Shown: piece by piece, positions 1 through 9,316 of the stretch
How the letters are laid out: the number at the start of each line of letters is the position of its first letter
Position numbering within the stretch: the stretch's first letter is position 1
NCBI RefSeq assembly: GCF_046313975.1
Contig: NZ_JBKBXB010000003.1
Span: 57,376-121,375 of the forward strand
DNA from: Hyphomonas sp.
GTDB lineage: Bacteria > Pseudomonadota > Alphaproteobacteria > Caulobacterales > Hyphomonadaceae
Direction of reading: 5' to 3'
DNA: 64,000 nt
Position numbers and translations under genes: made by a program
Notes under the pieces: model-generated
Told to the model about the DNA's origin: nothing
Seen by the model: only the letters and a program-made list of their open reading frames with translations
Databases searched by the model: none

Positions 1-363
1 TTCGCGCAGCACCGGGCTCGGCTCCACGAACGTCAGCTGCATCGCCTCCAGGAAGCCGGCCCCGCCGGTAGTGGCGGCAATCCGCAGCGCGTCCAGCATC
101 AGCTGCCCGCGGCCGGGCCCGATTTCCACCAGCCGGAAAGCCGGCGGGCTGCCCAGCGCGCGCCATTCATGCACCAGCCACAGGCCGATCAGCTCGCCGA
201 ACACCTGGCTCGTCTCCGGGGCCGTGATGAAGTCCCGCCCGACGCCGGGCCGGGTCGTGTAATAGCCGTCCTGCGGGTCGTGCAGGACGAGTTGCATGTA
301 GGTGGAAAGAGGGATCGGGCCGCCTGTCCGGATCAGGCGCACAAGCCGTTCTTCGAGAGTCAT
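1..363 (-). CDS. SAM-dependent methyltransferase, MidA/NDUFAF7 family (3' end runs off window)
   Basis: Manual translation from ATG 363: MTLEERLVRLIRTGGPIPLSTYMQLVLHDPQDGYYTTRPGVGRDFITAPETSQVFGELIG...LVEIGPGRG; DFITAPE and EIGPGRG are family motifs; usual neighbour of lgt. Confidence 0.85.
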   Translation of the reverse strand, partial: MTLEERLVRLIRTGGPIPLSTYMQLVLHDPQDGYYTTRPGVGRDFITAPETSQVFGELIGLWLVHEWRALGSPPAFRLVEIGPGRGQLMLDALRIAATTGGAGFLEAMQLTFVEPSPVLRE

Positions 364-391
364 TCCAATAGTCAGCCCCAGCTATGGCGTC

Positions 392-742
392 TCAACGCGC
401 CTTCGCCGGTACCAGATAGGCCGCACCGAATATCCCGGCCAGTAGGATCAGCACCCAGGACGAGACAGACGTGAAGTCATACACAGGTTGGTTGCGGTAA
501 ACCCAATGCAGGCCGACATGGATGACGGCAAACACGCACATGCCGTAGCGCACCGATATCCGGCGTGAGAACTCGGCATAGAACAGCATCGCCAGCACCA
601 CCGGCACATGCGCCCACAGGAAGATCTGCTGGTCAAACCCGCCGATCAGGCTGAATGTGCGGCGGCCCTGTAGAAGGATCGAATCCAGCTCATGCGTGAC
701 AAGACACGCGGCGGTCAGCCGGTAGAGGCTCTCTGATCGCAT
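392..742 (-). CDS. Small multi-pass membrane protein (DUF6713-like)
   Basis: 116 aa, several hydrophobic segments, THELD motif. Confidence 0.55.
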   Translation of the reverse strand: MRSESLYRLTAACLVTHELDSILLQGRRTFSLIGGFDQQIFLWAHVPVVLAMLFYAEFSRRISVRYGMCVFAVIHVGLHWVYRNQPVYDFTSVSSWVLILLAGIFGAAYLVPAKAR

Positions 743-805
743 TTGCGCGTCCCTCCCCAGGATACTGCGCGCATGGCCGGTAAGGAACTTTACCTAATTG
801 TGTAT

Positions 806-1762
806 CTATACCTGTTTTTCTTTGGCTTTCAATGCGTTCCAGATCAGCCAGGCGCCGCCGATCCACATCGGGGCCGAAAGGATCATGCCCATGGTCAACC
901 CCTCGGGGAGTCCGCGCACGAAGGAATCGGGCTCGCGGAAGTTCTCGGCGACCGACCGGCCCACCCCGTACAGGATCAGGAACAGGCCCGCGACGAGGCC
1001 CGGCCGCTTCAGCGCGCCGAACTTCCAGACCAGGATCGACAGCAGGATCAGGGGAATCCAGCCCTCGAGCAGCGATTCGTAGAGCTGGCTCGGATGACGG
1101 GCCACCTCATCGCCCCGGTATACCCATTCTCTCGCCTCCCAGTTGTAGGCCGGCGGGGTCGAGCCTGGCACATAGCCCTCCGGGAACACCATCCCGACAG
1201 GGCTGTCCGTGGGGCGGCCGTAGAGTTCGGCGTTGGTGAAATTGGCGATCCGCACCAGGCCGATGCCGATCGGGGCGGTCACGCCGGCAATGTCGCCGAC
1301 AGACAGCAGCTTCACCCCCCGCTTTGCCGCAAACCACCACAGCACGATGGCCACCCCCAGGATACCGCCATGGAAGGCCATGCCGCCATCCCAGATGCGG
1401 ATCATCGACAGCGGGTCGGCTGACAGCACCTCCATCTGGTAGGGCACCATGTAGAACAGCACATAGCCCAGCCGTCCGCCCAGGATGATGCCGAGGATGA
1501 TCCAGAACATCAGGTCGTCCAGCCCGTCGCGCGTCAGGGGCGGCTCGCCGCCCCACAGCGCCGGGCGCTTCAGCATTTCGGTTCCATACCACCACGCCCC
1601 GGCAATGCCGCCGATATAGCCGAGCGCATACCAGCGCAGGTGGAACTCGCCGAGGCCGATGAAGCCGAAGTCGATGGAGACGAGCGCCGGGCTCCACTCG
1701 GGAAATGCCCAGGCAGTGATCTGATGAAGGTAAACGCCGAGCGTGGCGAGAAGGTCGGTCAT
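806..1762 (-). CDS. lgt: Prolipoprotein diacylglyceryl transferase
   Basis: Motifs LRWYALGY, GGRLGYVLFY, GGMAFHGG, RIANFTNAELYGR, HPSQLYE. Confidence 0.95.
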   Translation of the reverse strand: MTDLLATLGVYLHQITAWAFPEWSPALVSIDFGFIGLGEFHLRWYALGYIGGIAGAWWYGTEMLKRPALWGGEPPLTRDGLDDLMFWIILGIILGGRLGYVLFYMVPYQMEVLSADPLSMIRIWDGGMAFHGGILGVAIVLWWFAAKRGVKLLSVGDIAGVTAPIGIGLVRIANFTNAELYGRPTDSPVGMVFPEGYVPGSTPPAYNWEAREWVYRGDEVARHPSQLYESLLEGWIPLILLSILVWKFGALKRPGLVAGLFLILYGVGRSVAENFREPDSFVRGLPEGLTMGMILSAPMWIGGAWLIWNALKAKEKQV

Positions 1763-1837
1763 GCGGCGTCTTTTCCCTGTCTGGCCGGCGCCTTATCTGA
1801 TAGGCCACCAGCACACCCGGCGCGAAGGAGTAGCCGC

Positions 1838-2098
1838 ATGGCAGGGACAAATCCACTGCTTGATGACATTGCCGCCCTGATGACCGGCGCGCTCGGCGCG
1901 GCCCGTGCGGCCGGTGAAGAGGCGAAGACGGCCGCACAGGCGCGCGTGCGCGCGCTGATTGCCGACATGGACCTCGCTGGCCGTGACGAAGTCGAGGCGC
2001 TGAAGGCCATTGCCACCGCCGCCCTCGACCGCGTGGAACAGCTGGAGGGCCGTCTCGCCGCCCTCGAGGCGGCCCAGGGGAAATCCACTGTTTCCTGA
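1838..2098 (+). CDS. ubiK: Accessory factor UbiK/BMFP family protein
   Basis: AAGGAG RBS before ATG 1838; LDDIA...MDLAGRDEVEALK...LEGRLAALE coiled coil. Confidence 0.75.
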   Translation: MAGTNPLLDDIAALMTGALGAARAAGEEAKTAAQARVRALIADMDLAGRDEVEALKAIATAALDRVEQLEGRLAALEAAQGKSTVS

Positions 2099-2209
2099 TC
2101 CCTCGCTGCAGAACCCGGTGGACAAGTCTGCCGCGCGCCCTTTCATCGGTAATGGATTTGTTAAGCGAATCCTGTCCCACCTTGTGCAAACCGATGCGGA
2201 GGCGCCCGT

Positions 2210-2713
2210 ATGAGCCTGACTATCGACCGCAGCATGGAGTTTGAGGCCGACCCGCTCGACAGTGTCGAAGCCGTGCTCGAAGCTCTCGGTTGGCCCTGCG
2301 ACCGCGACGATGAAGGCACCCTTCAGGTGGTCGCCGAAACCCGCTGGGGCGACATGGGGGCCCTGTTCGCCTACCGCCCGGAGCCGTCCGCGATCCATTT
2401 CTCGCTCACGCTCGACGTCAAGGCGATGGCCGCCAGGCGCGCCGCGATTGCCGAACTCGTCATGCTCGCGAACGAGCGCCTGTGGATCGGGCATTTCGAT
2501 TTCTGGGCCGAGGACGGCGTCATCATCTACCGCTACACCTTCCCGATGGAGGGCCGCGAGGAAGTCACCCAGGGCGAGGTGCGCGCCGTGCTTGCCGCCG
2601 CTGTCAGCGCGGCCGACCGCTTCATGCCGGCTTTCAATTTCCTTGTCTGGGCCGGCAAGTCGCCGCGCGAGGCGATGGATGCGGTGATGTTCGAAACCCA
2701 GGGCGAAGCGTAA
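2210..2713 (+). CDS. YbjN domain protein
   Basis: NERLWIGHFDFW motif; conserved position between ubiK and proC. Confidence 0.8.
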   Translation: MSLTIDRSMEFEADPLDSVEAVLEALGWPCDRDDEGTLQVVAETRWGDMGALFAYRPEPSAIHFSLTLDVKAMAARRAAIAELVMLANERLWIGHFDFWAEDGVIIYRYTFPMEGREEVTQGEVRAVLAAAVSAADRFMPAFNFLVWAGKSPREAMDAVMFETQGEA

Positions 2714-2720
2714 GGCCACC

Positions 2721-3533
2721 ATGCCGGCTGCCGCGCCGACCCTTGCCCTCATCGGTGCCGGCCGCATGGGCAGCGCTCTCGCGCGCGGCTGGCTCAGGGC
2801 CAAAGCCAAGCGCCAGATCCTGATCGCCGAGCCGCGCCCCTCCGGGGAAGTGCAGGGCTGGGCCGCTGAAGGCCGCGTCCTGCTTAATCCGCCCGCGCAG
2901 GCGGCCACCACTCTGGTGCTCGCCGTCAAGCCGCAACAGTTCGCCGCCATCGCTGACTCTGCGAAAGCCTTTGCCGGGTCCAGAACGCTGGTGGTCTCGA
3001 TCATGGCCGGTGTGCGGATCGCGCAGATTTCCCGGCGCCTGGAAACGAATCGCATCGTGCGCGCGATGCCGAACACGCCGGGCTCAATTGGCAAGGGCAT
3101 CACGGTCTTTGCTGCCGCGCCCGGCCTTGCCGCCTCTGACCTGAAAGCCGCCGAAGCCCTCCTCACTCCGCTGGGCGAAGTGCACGGCCCTGTGGACGAG
3201 TCGCTGATGTCGGCCGTCACCGCGCTCTCCGGCAGTGGCCCGGCCTATCTCTTCCTCCTCGCCGAAGTGATGGCCGAAGCGGGCGAGGCCGAAGGCCTGC
3301 CGCGCGCGCTCGCCCGGCAGCTGGCCCGGCGCACTGTCGAAGGCGCCGCTGCTCTCCTGGCCGCCAGCGGCGAAGACCCCGAAGCCTTGCGCCGGGCAGT
3401 CACTTCCCCCGGCGGCACCACCCAGGCAGCCCTTGACATCCTCATGGACACGGGTGGGATGCCCCGACTGATGAGAGAAGCCCTGAGAGCCGCCGCCGCG
3501 CGCGACCGGCAGCTCTCCAGAGAGGCAGACTGA
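2721..3533 (+). CDS. proC: Pyrroline-5-carboxylate reductase
   Basis: GAGRMG, LAVKPQ, RAMPNTP, SGSGPAY, VTSPGGTT. Confidence 0.95.
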   Translation: MPAAAPTLALIGAGRMGSALARGWLRAKAKRQILIAEPRPSGEVQGWAAEGRVLLNPPAQAATTLVLAVKPQQFAAIADSAKAFAGSRTLVVSIMAGVRIAQISRRLETNRIVRAMPNTPGSIGKGITVFAAAPGLAASDLKAAEALLTPLGEVHGPVDESLMSAVTALSGSGPAYLFLLAEVMAEAGEAEGLPRALARQLARRTVEGAAALLAASGEDPEALRRAVTSPGGTTQAALDILMDTGGMPRLMREALRAAAARDRQLSREAD

Positions 3534-3551
3534 ACCCCGGGAGGCTCCGCC

Positions 3552-4169
3552 TTGGCGGCTGCGGACAAGATCATCGAGAAGGGGCTGAAGGCTGCCCTTG
3601 AGCTTGCCGCCACGCGCGCCTGGACGGATATTCCGCTGGCGGACATTGCCGCGAAGGCGAAGCTCTCGCTGTCCGATTTCCACGGCGTCGCCTCGCGCGA
3701 GGATCTCGTCGAAGCCCTCGATGGCTGGTTCGACAAGGCCATGTCCGCTGAAGGCGTGCCGGACGATACCTCGCCCCGCGAGCGCCTGTTTGAAGTCATC
3801 ATGCGGCGCTTCGAGGCGATGGAGCCCTGCCGCGCGGGCCTCACCGAAATCCTGAAATTCCGCGAGACCTCGCTCACCCACCTCGTGCGCCTGCCGCAGC
3901 ACCGCCACGCCACCGCCGCCTGGGCGCTCGCCTCCGCCGGGCTTGACGATGACACCGGCGCGCCCGCCAGCCTGAAACGTATCGCCATCGCCTTCGTCAT
4001 CGCGGAAACCGAGCGTGCCTGGCGCAAGGATACGAATGGCGACTTTGCCCTGACCATGGCCGCGCTCGACAAGGGCCTGCGCCGCGCCGAGGACCGCCTC
4101 GGCCAGTTCCGCCGCTTCACGGGGCGCAAGACCCCGGATACTCCGCCAACTGAGGAAACACCTGAATGA
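3552..4169 (+). CDS. TetR/AcrR-like regulator
   Basis: N-terminal HTH pattern (LADIAAKAKLSLSDF); TTG start after GGAGG. Confidence 0.7.
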   Translation: MAAADKIIEKGLKAALELAATRAWTDIPLADIAAKAKLSLSDFHGVASREDLVEALDGWFDKAMSAEGVPDDTSPRERLFEVIMRRFEAMEPCRAGLTEILKFRETSLTHLVRLPQHRHATAAWALASAGLDDDTGAPASLKRIAIAFVIAETERAWRKDTNGDFALTMAALDKGLRRAEDRLGQFRRFTGRKTPDTPPTEETPE

Positions 4170-5257
4170 GCCGGCCCGGACTGGATACAAACCCCCTCGA
4201 ACTCGGCCCGGAATGGTTCAATGAGCTCTTTGCCGAGATCGGCATCGATGCTGAAGTGAAGGGGCTCACCTCCAAATCCATCGGCACCGGCCAGATCGGC
4301 GAGAATGTCCGCTTCGTGTTCGACTATGCCCGCGCCGGGGCCAATGCGCCGAAAACCCTCGTCGGCAAGTTTCCGTCCGCCAACGAAACCAGCGTCGCCA
4401 CCGCGAAGCTGCTGAATCATTACAAGCGCGAAGTGATGTTCTACCGCACTTTCCCGAAAGTCGCGGGCCGCATCACGCCCGATGCGCTGTACACGGACTA
4501 TGACCCCGAAACCAACCGCTTCGCCCTGATCATGGAAGACATGGCTCCGGCAGAGCAGGGCGACCAGCTGAAGGGCTGCGGTGTCGAAGAGGCAAAGCTC
4601 GCCATGGAAGCCGCCGCCGTGCTGCATGCCGCGCACTGGCAGGATCCCGTTCTGGATGAGCACGACTGGCTTCAGGGCTCCGCCAAGGCGCCGCCGCCCG
4701 GCCTCGGCCCGGAAATGGTCGCAGCCCTCTGGGGCGGCTTCAAGGAACGTTACGCCGCGCATATCAATGCCGACCAGATCGAAGTCGGCGACGCCTACGC
4801 CGCCAGCCTCACTAAATGGGGCGACCAGTATCAGGGCCCGTTCGCGCTCACGCATTCTGACTACCGCCTCGACAACATGCTGTTCGGCAAGCCCGGTGCC
4901 AGGAAGCCGCTCGCCGTCGTCGACTGGCAGACGGCAGGGAAGGGCGCGCCCGCCAATGATATCGCCTATTTCATCGGCGCCGGCCTCACGCGCGAGGATC
5001 GCCCGAAGCACGAGCACGCCCTCCTGCGCCACTATCACGAAGCGCTCAAAGACGAAGGCATCACGGGCTACAGCTTCGATGATCTTTACACGCACTATCG
5101 CTGGTTTGCCTTCTACGGCATCTCGGTCGCCTTTGCTGCCGCGATGATTGTCAAGCAGACGGAACGTGGCGACGAAATGTTCCTCACCATGCTGCGCCGC
5201 CACTGCGCGCAGGTGCGCGACAATGGCAGCCTCGACCTCCTGAAGGGCCTCGCCTGA
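4166..5257 (+). CDS. Phosphotransferase (APH/EcKL family)
   Basis: HSDYRLDNMLF and VVDWQ kinase motifs. Confidence 0.85.
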   Translation: MSRPGLDTNPLELGPEWFNELFAEIGIDAEVKGLTSKSIGTGQIGENVRFVFDYARAGANAPKTLVGKFPSANETSVATAKLLNHYKREVMFYRTFPKVAGRITPDALYTDYDPETNRFALIMEDMAPAEQGDQLKGCGVEEAKLAMEAAAVLHAAHWQDPVLDEHDWLQGSAKAPPPGLGPEMVAALWGGFKERYAAHINADQIEVGDAYAASLTKWGDQYQGPFALTHSDYRLDNMLFGKPGARKPLAVVDWQTAGKGAPANDIAYFIGAGLTREDRPKHEHALLRHYHEALKDEGITGYSFDDLYTHYRWFAFYGISVAFAAAMIVKQTERGDEMFLTMLRRHCAQVRDNGSLDLLKGLA

Positions 5258-5266
5258 GCCATCGCC

Positions 5267-5689
5267 TCAGCGGCGTCCGCGCCCCATCGGGTTCCCCGCC
5301 CGACCGGCAAAATGCACCATGATGTCGCGCCGGGACTCGATCGCGCTGCAGGCCTCGGGCGAGACGTCCATCACACCCATCCGGGTCTGCAGCACGCCCG
5401 TGCTCTGATAGTCGCCGGTCTGCTGGATCGTGCCGCTCAGGTTGCGTCCGGCCTGTGCCAGGCAGGCAGTGTTCCCGGTGCCGGTCTGGAGGATCGTGCC
5501 GGTATTGTTCTGGCCGAACTGGCGCAGCGCGGCGTCATTCCCGCTTCCGGTCTGCGCGATCCCGGCGGCATTGCCGCGCCCGCCCTGGAGGATGGAGGCG
5601 CTGCCCGGCACACCCTGGGCTGAGGCGGCGGCAATCAGGTTCAGGCCGGCCAGCAGTATCCCTGCGGCCAGAATCTTGCGGTCGGTCAT
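5267..5689 (-). CDS. Curlin-repeat protein, minor subunit (CsgB-like)
   Basis: Signal peptide then Q-x-G-x-x-N repeats (QGGRGNAAGIAQTGSGNDAALRQFGQNN). Confidence 0.75.
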   Translation of the reverse strand: MTDRKILAAGILLAGLNLIAAASAQGVPGSASILQGGRGNAAGIAQTGSGNDAALRQFGQNNTGTILQTGTGNTACLAQAGRNLSGTIQQTGDYQSTGVLQTRMGVMDVSPEACSAIESRRDIMVHFAGRAGNPMGRGRR

Positions 5690-5702
5690 GGCTTTCGGTG
5701 TC

Positions 5703-6095
5703 CTAGGATTTGCGCACCACGCGGCAGACTTCGCCGCCGGCATCGCGCAGGGTCAGCACGGCGCGGTATCGCCCGCGCGGGATTTCGGCCGCGCCCAGTG
5801 TGGCGCTCCGGCCGGCCGCCAGTTCCAGCGGGCCGCCCTGGTTCACATCGGAGGATCCGCTGGAAGACTGCGCCGAAATCATGAAATCATATGATCCGTA
5901 TACGGCGCGGCCGGCCTGTGCCACCGCTTCCAGGCGCAGGCCCTGCGGCGTGCGCGTGGTGCGGATGTCGCAGGCGGCGCGGGGGCTGTAGGCGGGCGCG
6001 GCCACGGGCGGCGCCGCCGTGTAGACCACCGGCTGGGTCTGTGCGGTGCAGGCACTCACCAGGGCGAGGGCGGAAAGCGTGACGAGTTTGTACAT
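5703..6095 (-). CDS. csgH: Curli chaperone CsgH-like lipoprotein
   Basis: Lipobox LVSAC; Cys pair; SGSSDVNQGG motif; sits between two curlin genes. Confidence 0.75.
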   Translation of the reverse strand: MYKLVTLSALALVSACTAQTQPVVYTAAPPVAAPAYSPRAACDIRTTRTPQGLRLEAVAQAGRAVYGSYDFMISAQSSSGSSDVNQGGPLELAAGRSATLGAAEIPRGRYRAVLTLRDAGGEVCRVVRKS

Positions 6096-6122
6096 GGGGC
6101 TGCTCCGTGAGCCGGGCGCGAA

Positions 6123-6148
6123 GCGGGGGAGGCGGCGGCCTCCCCCGC
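6123..6148. terminator. 11-bp GC hairpin just downstream of csgA
   Basis: gcgggggaggc-ggcg-gcctcccccgc; no U tract, so stabiliser or partial terminator. Confidence 0.55.
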
Positions 6149-6158
6149 TCGCGGCGCG

Positions 6159-6671
6159 TCAGTTGTATCCGCTCTGCACCACGACCGAGATGTTGCCATC
6201 GCCGCGCTGGCGCACGGTCACATCCTGGCCATTGCCCACCTGGATGATGCCCGAGGTGTTGTTCCAGCCGTCCTGGTCGGCCACCGCCCTGTTGTTCGTG
6301 CCGATCTGCGCGATGCCCGACACGTTGCCATAGCCGGTCTGCAGCGTATCGGCGCGCAGGTTGCGCCCATCCTGCCCGGTCACGGCGAAGTTGTTCTCGC
6401 CGATCTGTGCCGTGCCCACGCTGTTGCGCGTGCCATACTGGTCCATGCGCAGGAAGTTGTTGTAGCCGGACTGCACGCCGCGCGCATACTGGCCATTGCC
6501 GCTCTGCACGACGACCGTGCCGTTGCGTGATCCCTGCTGGGCGGCTGCGGCGCCGTTATTATAGCCCGACTGGTCGATACGCACCCGGTTGCGGGGGTCT
6601 GCATGGGCCACGCCCAGGCTGAAAACGAGCAGGGCAGCGGCAGCGGTGGAAAGTAAACGGTTCATGTTCAT
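6159..6671 (-). CDS. csgA: Curlin major subunit (CsgA-like)
   Basis: AGGAG RBS, signal peptide ending AHA, regular 11-aa Q-x-G-x-x-N strands. Confidence 0.85.
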   Translation of the reverse strand: MNMNRLLSTAAAALLVFSLGVAHADPRNRVRIDQSGYNNGAAAAQQGSRNGTVVVQSGNGQYARGVQSGYNNFLRMDQYGTRNSVGTAQIGENNFAVTGQDGRNLRADTLQTGYGNVSGIAQIGTNNRAVADQDGWNNTSGIIQVGNGQDVTVRQRGDGNISVVVQSGYN

Positions 6672-6741
6672 ACTCCTGTGTTGCGTCTTGCGCCTGGGAG
6701 GAAACAGCGCTCTGACACGCACAGGAATGACGCGCTCGCTC

Positions 6742-6777
6742 TGAACGCGGTTTGAACGGGCGGTTCAGGTTTGTTCA
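6742..6777. promoter_or_regulatory. Paired TGAAC direct repeat followed by inverted GTTCA pair upstream of csgA
   Basis: tGAAC-gcggttt-GAAC (6743-6757) then GTTCA at 6763 and 6773. Confidence 0.4.
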
Positions 6778-6984
6778 GTCTTGACACCTGTCTCAAGGCA
6801 GGCGTCCGCAGCCCCAGACGCAACATTCAACCCGCCTCCCGCGCGGGAGGTGAAGGCCGCAACCATCCGTCTGCGGAGGAGTTATGCAACAGCCTGAGAA
6901 TAAGATCCTGTGCAGAATCAGGGCCATGCAAGATAATCACGCAAACTTGCGCAACACCTTCTGAACCATGCCTATACTCCGGCC

Positions 6985-7665
6985 ATGGACCAGACCGCGC
7001 CCCCGCCGCAGACCACGATGCTCGCTGAAGCCGAAAGCCTCATCGGCTGGCTGATCGTCCAGCTCGAGGAGTTGCTCGCGCCGGGTATCGTCCGTTCACG
7101 GCCTGTCCTCCTGCAGATCTGCCGCCACTTCCTGCTGCCCGCGGAAGCGGCGCTCCGCCGCATCATCCATCTCATCGCCGCAAAGCTCGAGCCGGAAGCC
7201 CCAAAGCGCACTGCAATCCTCCCCCGTTCACGGGGGAGGTGCCCCGAAGGGGCGGAGGGGGAACGGCAATCAGACCGCACCCCGCTCTTCTGCCTCACCG
7301 AGCCGCTGCCCGGTGGCCGCGGTCCGCGGCGCGCCCGTATCCCGCCCGGCAAGGAGCCGCGCATCCGCAATTTCGACGATCCCGTCATTCAGCCGCCCGT
7401 GCGCCTGCCGCCCGATACGTCGGCTTACGAAGCCCGCCTGCTGCGCCGGCTTGCCGCGCTGAAGGCGGCTTTCGCCCAGCCAGCCAGGGCGGCCCGCCGC
7501 CTGCAGCGGCTTGCGCAGCGCCTCATACCGGAAAAGCCTGTGCTCTCGCTCTGGCGCATCCCGGGCTACACGGCCCGCCCGATCACGGACAAGGGGCGTC
7601 AGGTCCTTGACGATCTCAACACTGCCGTCGCCCGCACCCGCACGGACTATCACGACTCCGGCTGA
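6985..7665 (+). CDS. Hypothetical protein carrying an in-frame palindromic repeat
   Basis: 226 aa ORF, Arg/Pro/Leu-rich; no family recognised. Confidence 0.55.
   Translation: MDQTAPPPQTTMLAEAESLIGWLIVQLEELLAPGIVRSRPVLLQICRHFLLPAEAALRRIIHLIAAKLEPEAPKRTAILPRSRGRCPEGAEGERQSDRTPLFCLTEPLPGGRGPRRARIPPGKEPRIRNFDDPVIQPPVRLPPDTSAYEARLLRRLAALKAAFAQPARAARRLQRLAQRLIPEKPVLSLWRIPGYTARPITDKGRQVLDDLNTAVARTRTDYHDSG
7218..7261 (+). repeat. REP/CIR-like palindromic element
   Basis: cctcccccgttcacgggggaggtgccccgaaggggcggaggggg; same architecture as 60542-60586. Confidence 0.65.
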
Positions 7666-7787
7666 GACCACCGGCCCTTACGACGCTCTGTCCCCGGAAG
7701 GCATCCGCCTGTCCGGGCGCCGGTGCTGCGCGCCTTCCACATCAAGGGCAGGCCCTCGGGCCGGCGCCGCAAGGTCAGGGGCCGGGC

Positions 7788-8156
7788 TCAGCCCATTACG
7801 AAGGCGTTCAGCTTGTTGCCGTCCGGGTCGCGGAAATAGCCGGCATAGAACGTCTCTCCGCGCGGGCCGGGCGGGCCTTCACAGGTGCCGCCGAGGCTCA
7901 GGGCCAGCGCATGGAGCCGGTCGACCTGCGCCTTGTCCTTCGCCTGCAGCGCCACCATCACGCCGTTTCCGGCGCTCATCGGCTTGCCATCAAAGGGATA
8001 GGTGATGCCGATTCCGGCAGGACCGTCCGGTGTGCCCCAGGCGATGAAGGTGTCCGTGGTGAACATGCGCGGCGTGCCGAGTTCGGCGGCGAGGGCATCA
8101 TAGAATGTTGCGGCACGGGCAAGGTCCGTCGTGCCGAGGGTCACATATCCGATCAT
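7788..8156 (-). CDS. VOC family (glyoxalase-like) protein
   Basis: MIGYVTLGTTDLARA...YFRDPDGNKL; AGGAGG RBS. Confidence 0.9.
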   Translation of the reverse strand: MIGYVTLGTTDLARAATFYDALAAELGTPRMFTTDTFIAWGTPDGPAGIGITYPFDGKPMSAGNGVMVALQAKDKAQVDRLHALALSLGGTCEGPPGPRGETFYAGYFRDPDGNKLNAFVMG

Positions 8157-8285
8157 TTTGGGTCCTCCTTGGGTCTGGAACAAAAACAGAACTTCTGAGT
8201 GCTGTCGAGTCGCATTTTGCCCCGCGCGTTTGACGGCGCGCCGGCGGCGCGCTTCAAACAACCGGCGACAGAGGAGCCGAGCCCC

Positions 8286-9263
8286 ATGACCCTTCCCAAT
8301 GCCTATGCGATCCGGGTGCACCAGACGGGCGGGCCGGAGGTGATGGTGGCCGAAGCCGCGCCGCCGCGGGCGCCGGGGCCGGGCGAAGCGCTGGTGCGCC
8401 AGACGGCGGTGGGGGTCAATTTCATCGACACCTATCACCGCACGGGGCTGTACAAGCTGCCCCTGCCGTTTGTTCCGGGCTCGGAAGGGGCGGGGATCGT
8501 TGAGGAGGTCGGTGAGGGCGTGACGCATCTGGGGCCCGGCGACCGGGTGGCCTATGTCGGGCGCGGCACTTACGCGACGCATTATACCGGGCGGGCGGCG
8601 GGCATGGTGGCGCTGCCGGCAGCGATCAGTGACGAGGAGGCCGCTGCCGTGATGCTGAAAGGCATGACGGCCTGGATGCTGCTGGAGGAAATCCGCCCGC
8701 TGCAGAAGGGGGAGACGGCCCTGGTCTGGGCGCCGGTGGGCGGGGTCGGCTCGCTGCTCACGCCCTGGGCGAAGCATATCGGCGCGCGGGTGATCGCGGT
8801 GACATCGAGCGCGGCGAAGGCAGAGCGGGCGAAGGCGCTGGGCGCGAGCGATGTCGTGATCGGTTACGACGATGTGGCGGAAAAGGTCCGTGAGCTGACG
8901 GGTGGCAAGGGTGTGGATGTGGCCTATGACAGTGTGGGGAAGATTTCGGCGGAGGCGTCGCTGTCGAGCCTGAAGCCGCGTGGCTGGTTCATTTCCTACG
9001 GCAATGCATCCGGGCCGGCTGATCCGATCCCGCCGGGGCGTCTGGCGGCGGGCGGCTCGCTGGTGATGACACGGCCGACGCTGTTCAATTTCACCGATAC
9101 GCCGGAAGCGCTGGCGCGGGCCTCGCGGCGGCTGTTCGGCTTGCTGGCGGAGGGCGTGCTGGAGGCGGATATCGGCCAGCGCTTCCCCCTGAAGGATGCG
9201 CCCGAAGCGCACCGGGCGCTGGAGAGCGGGACGACGCGCGGCGCAACGCTGCTGATGCCCTGA
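8286..9263 (+). CDS. qor: NADPH:quinone oxidoreductase (MDR family)
   Basis: GVNFIDTYHRTGLY, PGSEGAG, GGVGSL, YDSVGK. Confidence 0.88.
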   Translation: MTLPNAYAIRVHQTGGPEVMVAEAAPPRAPGPGEALVRQTAVGVNFIDTYHRTGLYKLPLPFVPGSEGAGIVEEVGEGVTHLGPGDRVAYVGRGTYATHYTGRAAGMVALPAAISDEEAAAVMLKGMTAWMLLEEIRPLQKGETALVWAPVGGVGSLLTPWAKHIGARVIAVTSSAAKAERAKALGASDVVIGYDDVAEKVRELTGGKGVDVAYDSVGKISAEASLSSLKPRGWFISYGNASGPADPIPPGRLAAGGSLVMTRPTLFNFTDTPEALARASRRLFGLLAEGVLEADIGQRFPLKDAPEAHRALESGTTRGATLLMP

Positions 9264-9316
9264 GGCTCCTTGATTGTGCCGCAATCCGGGCGGAAGCTGC
9301 GCGCCTCAGGGAGGGA

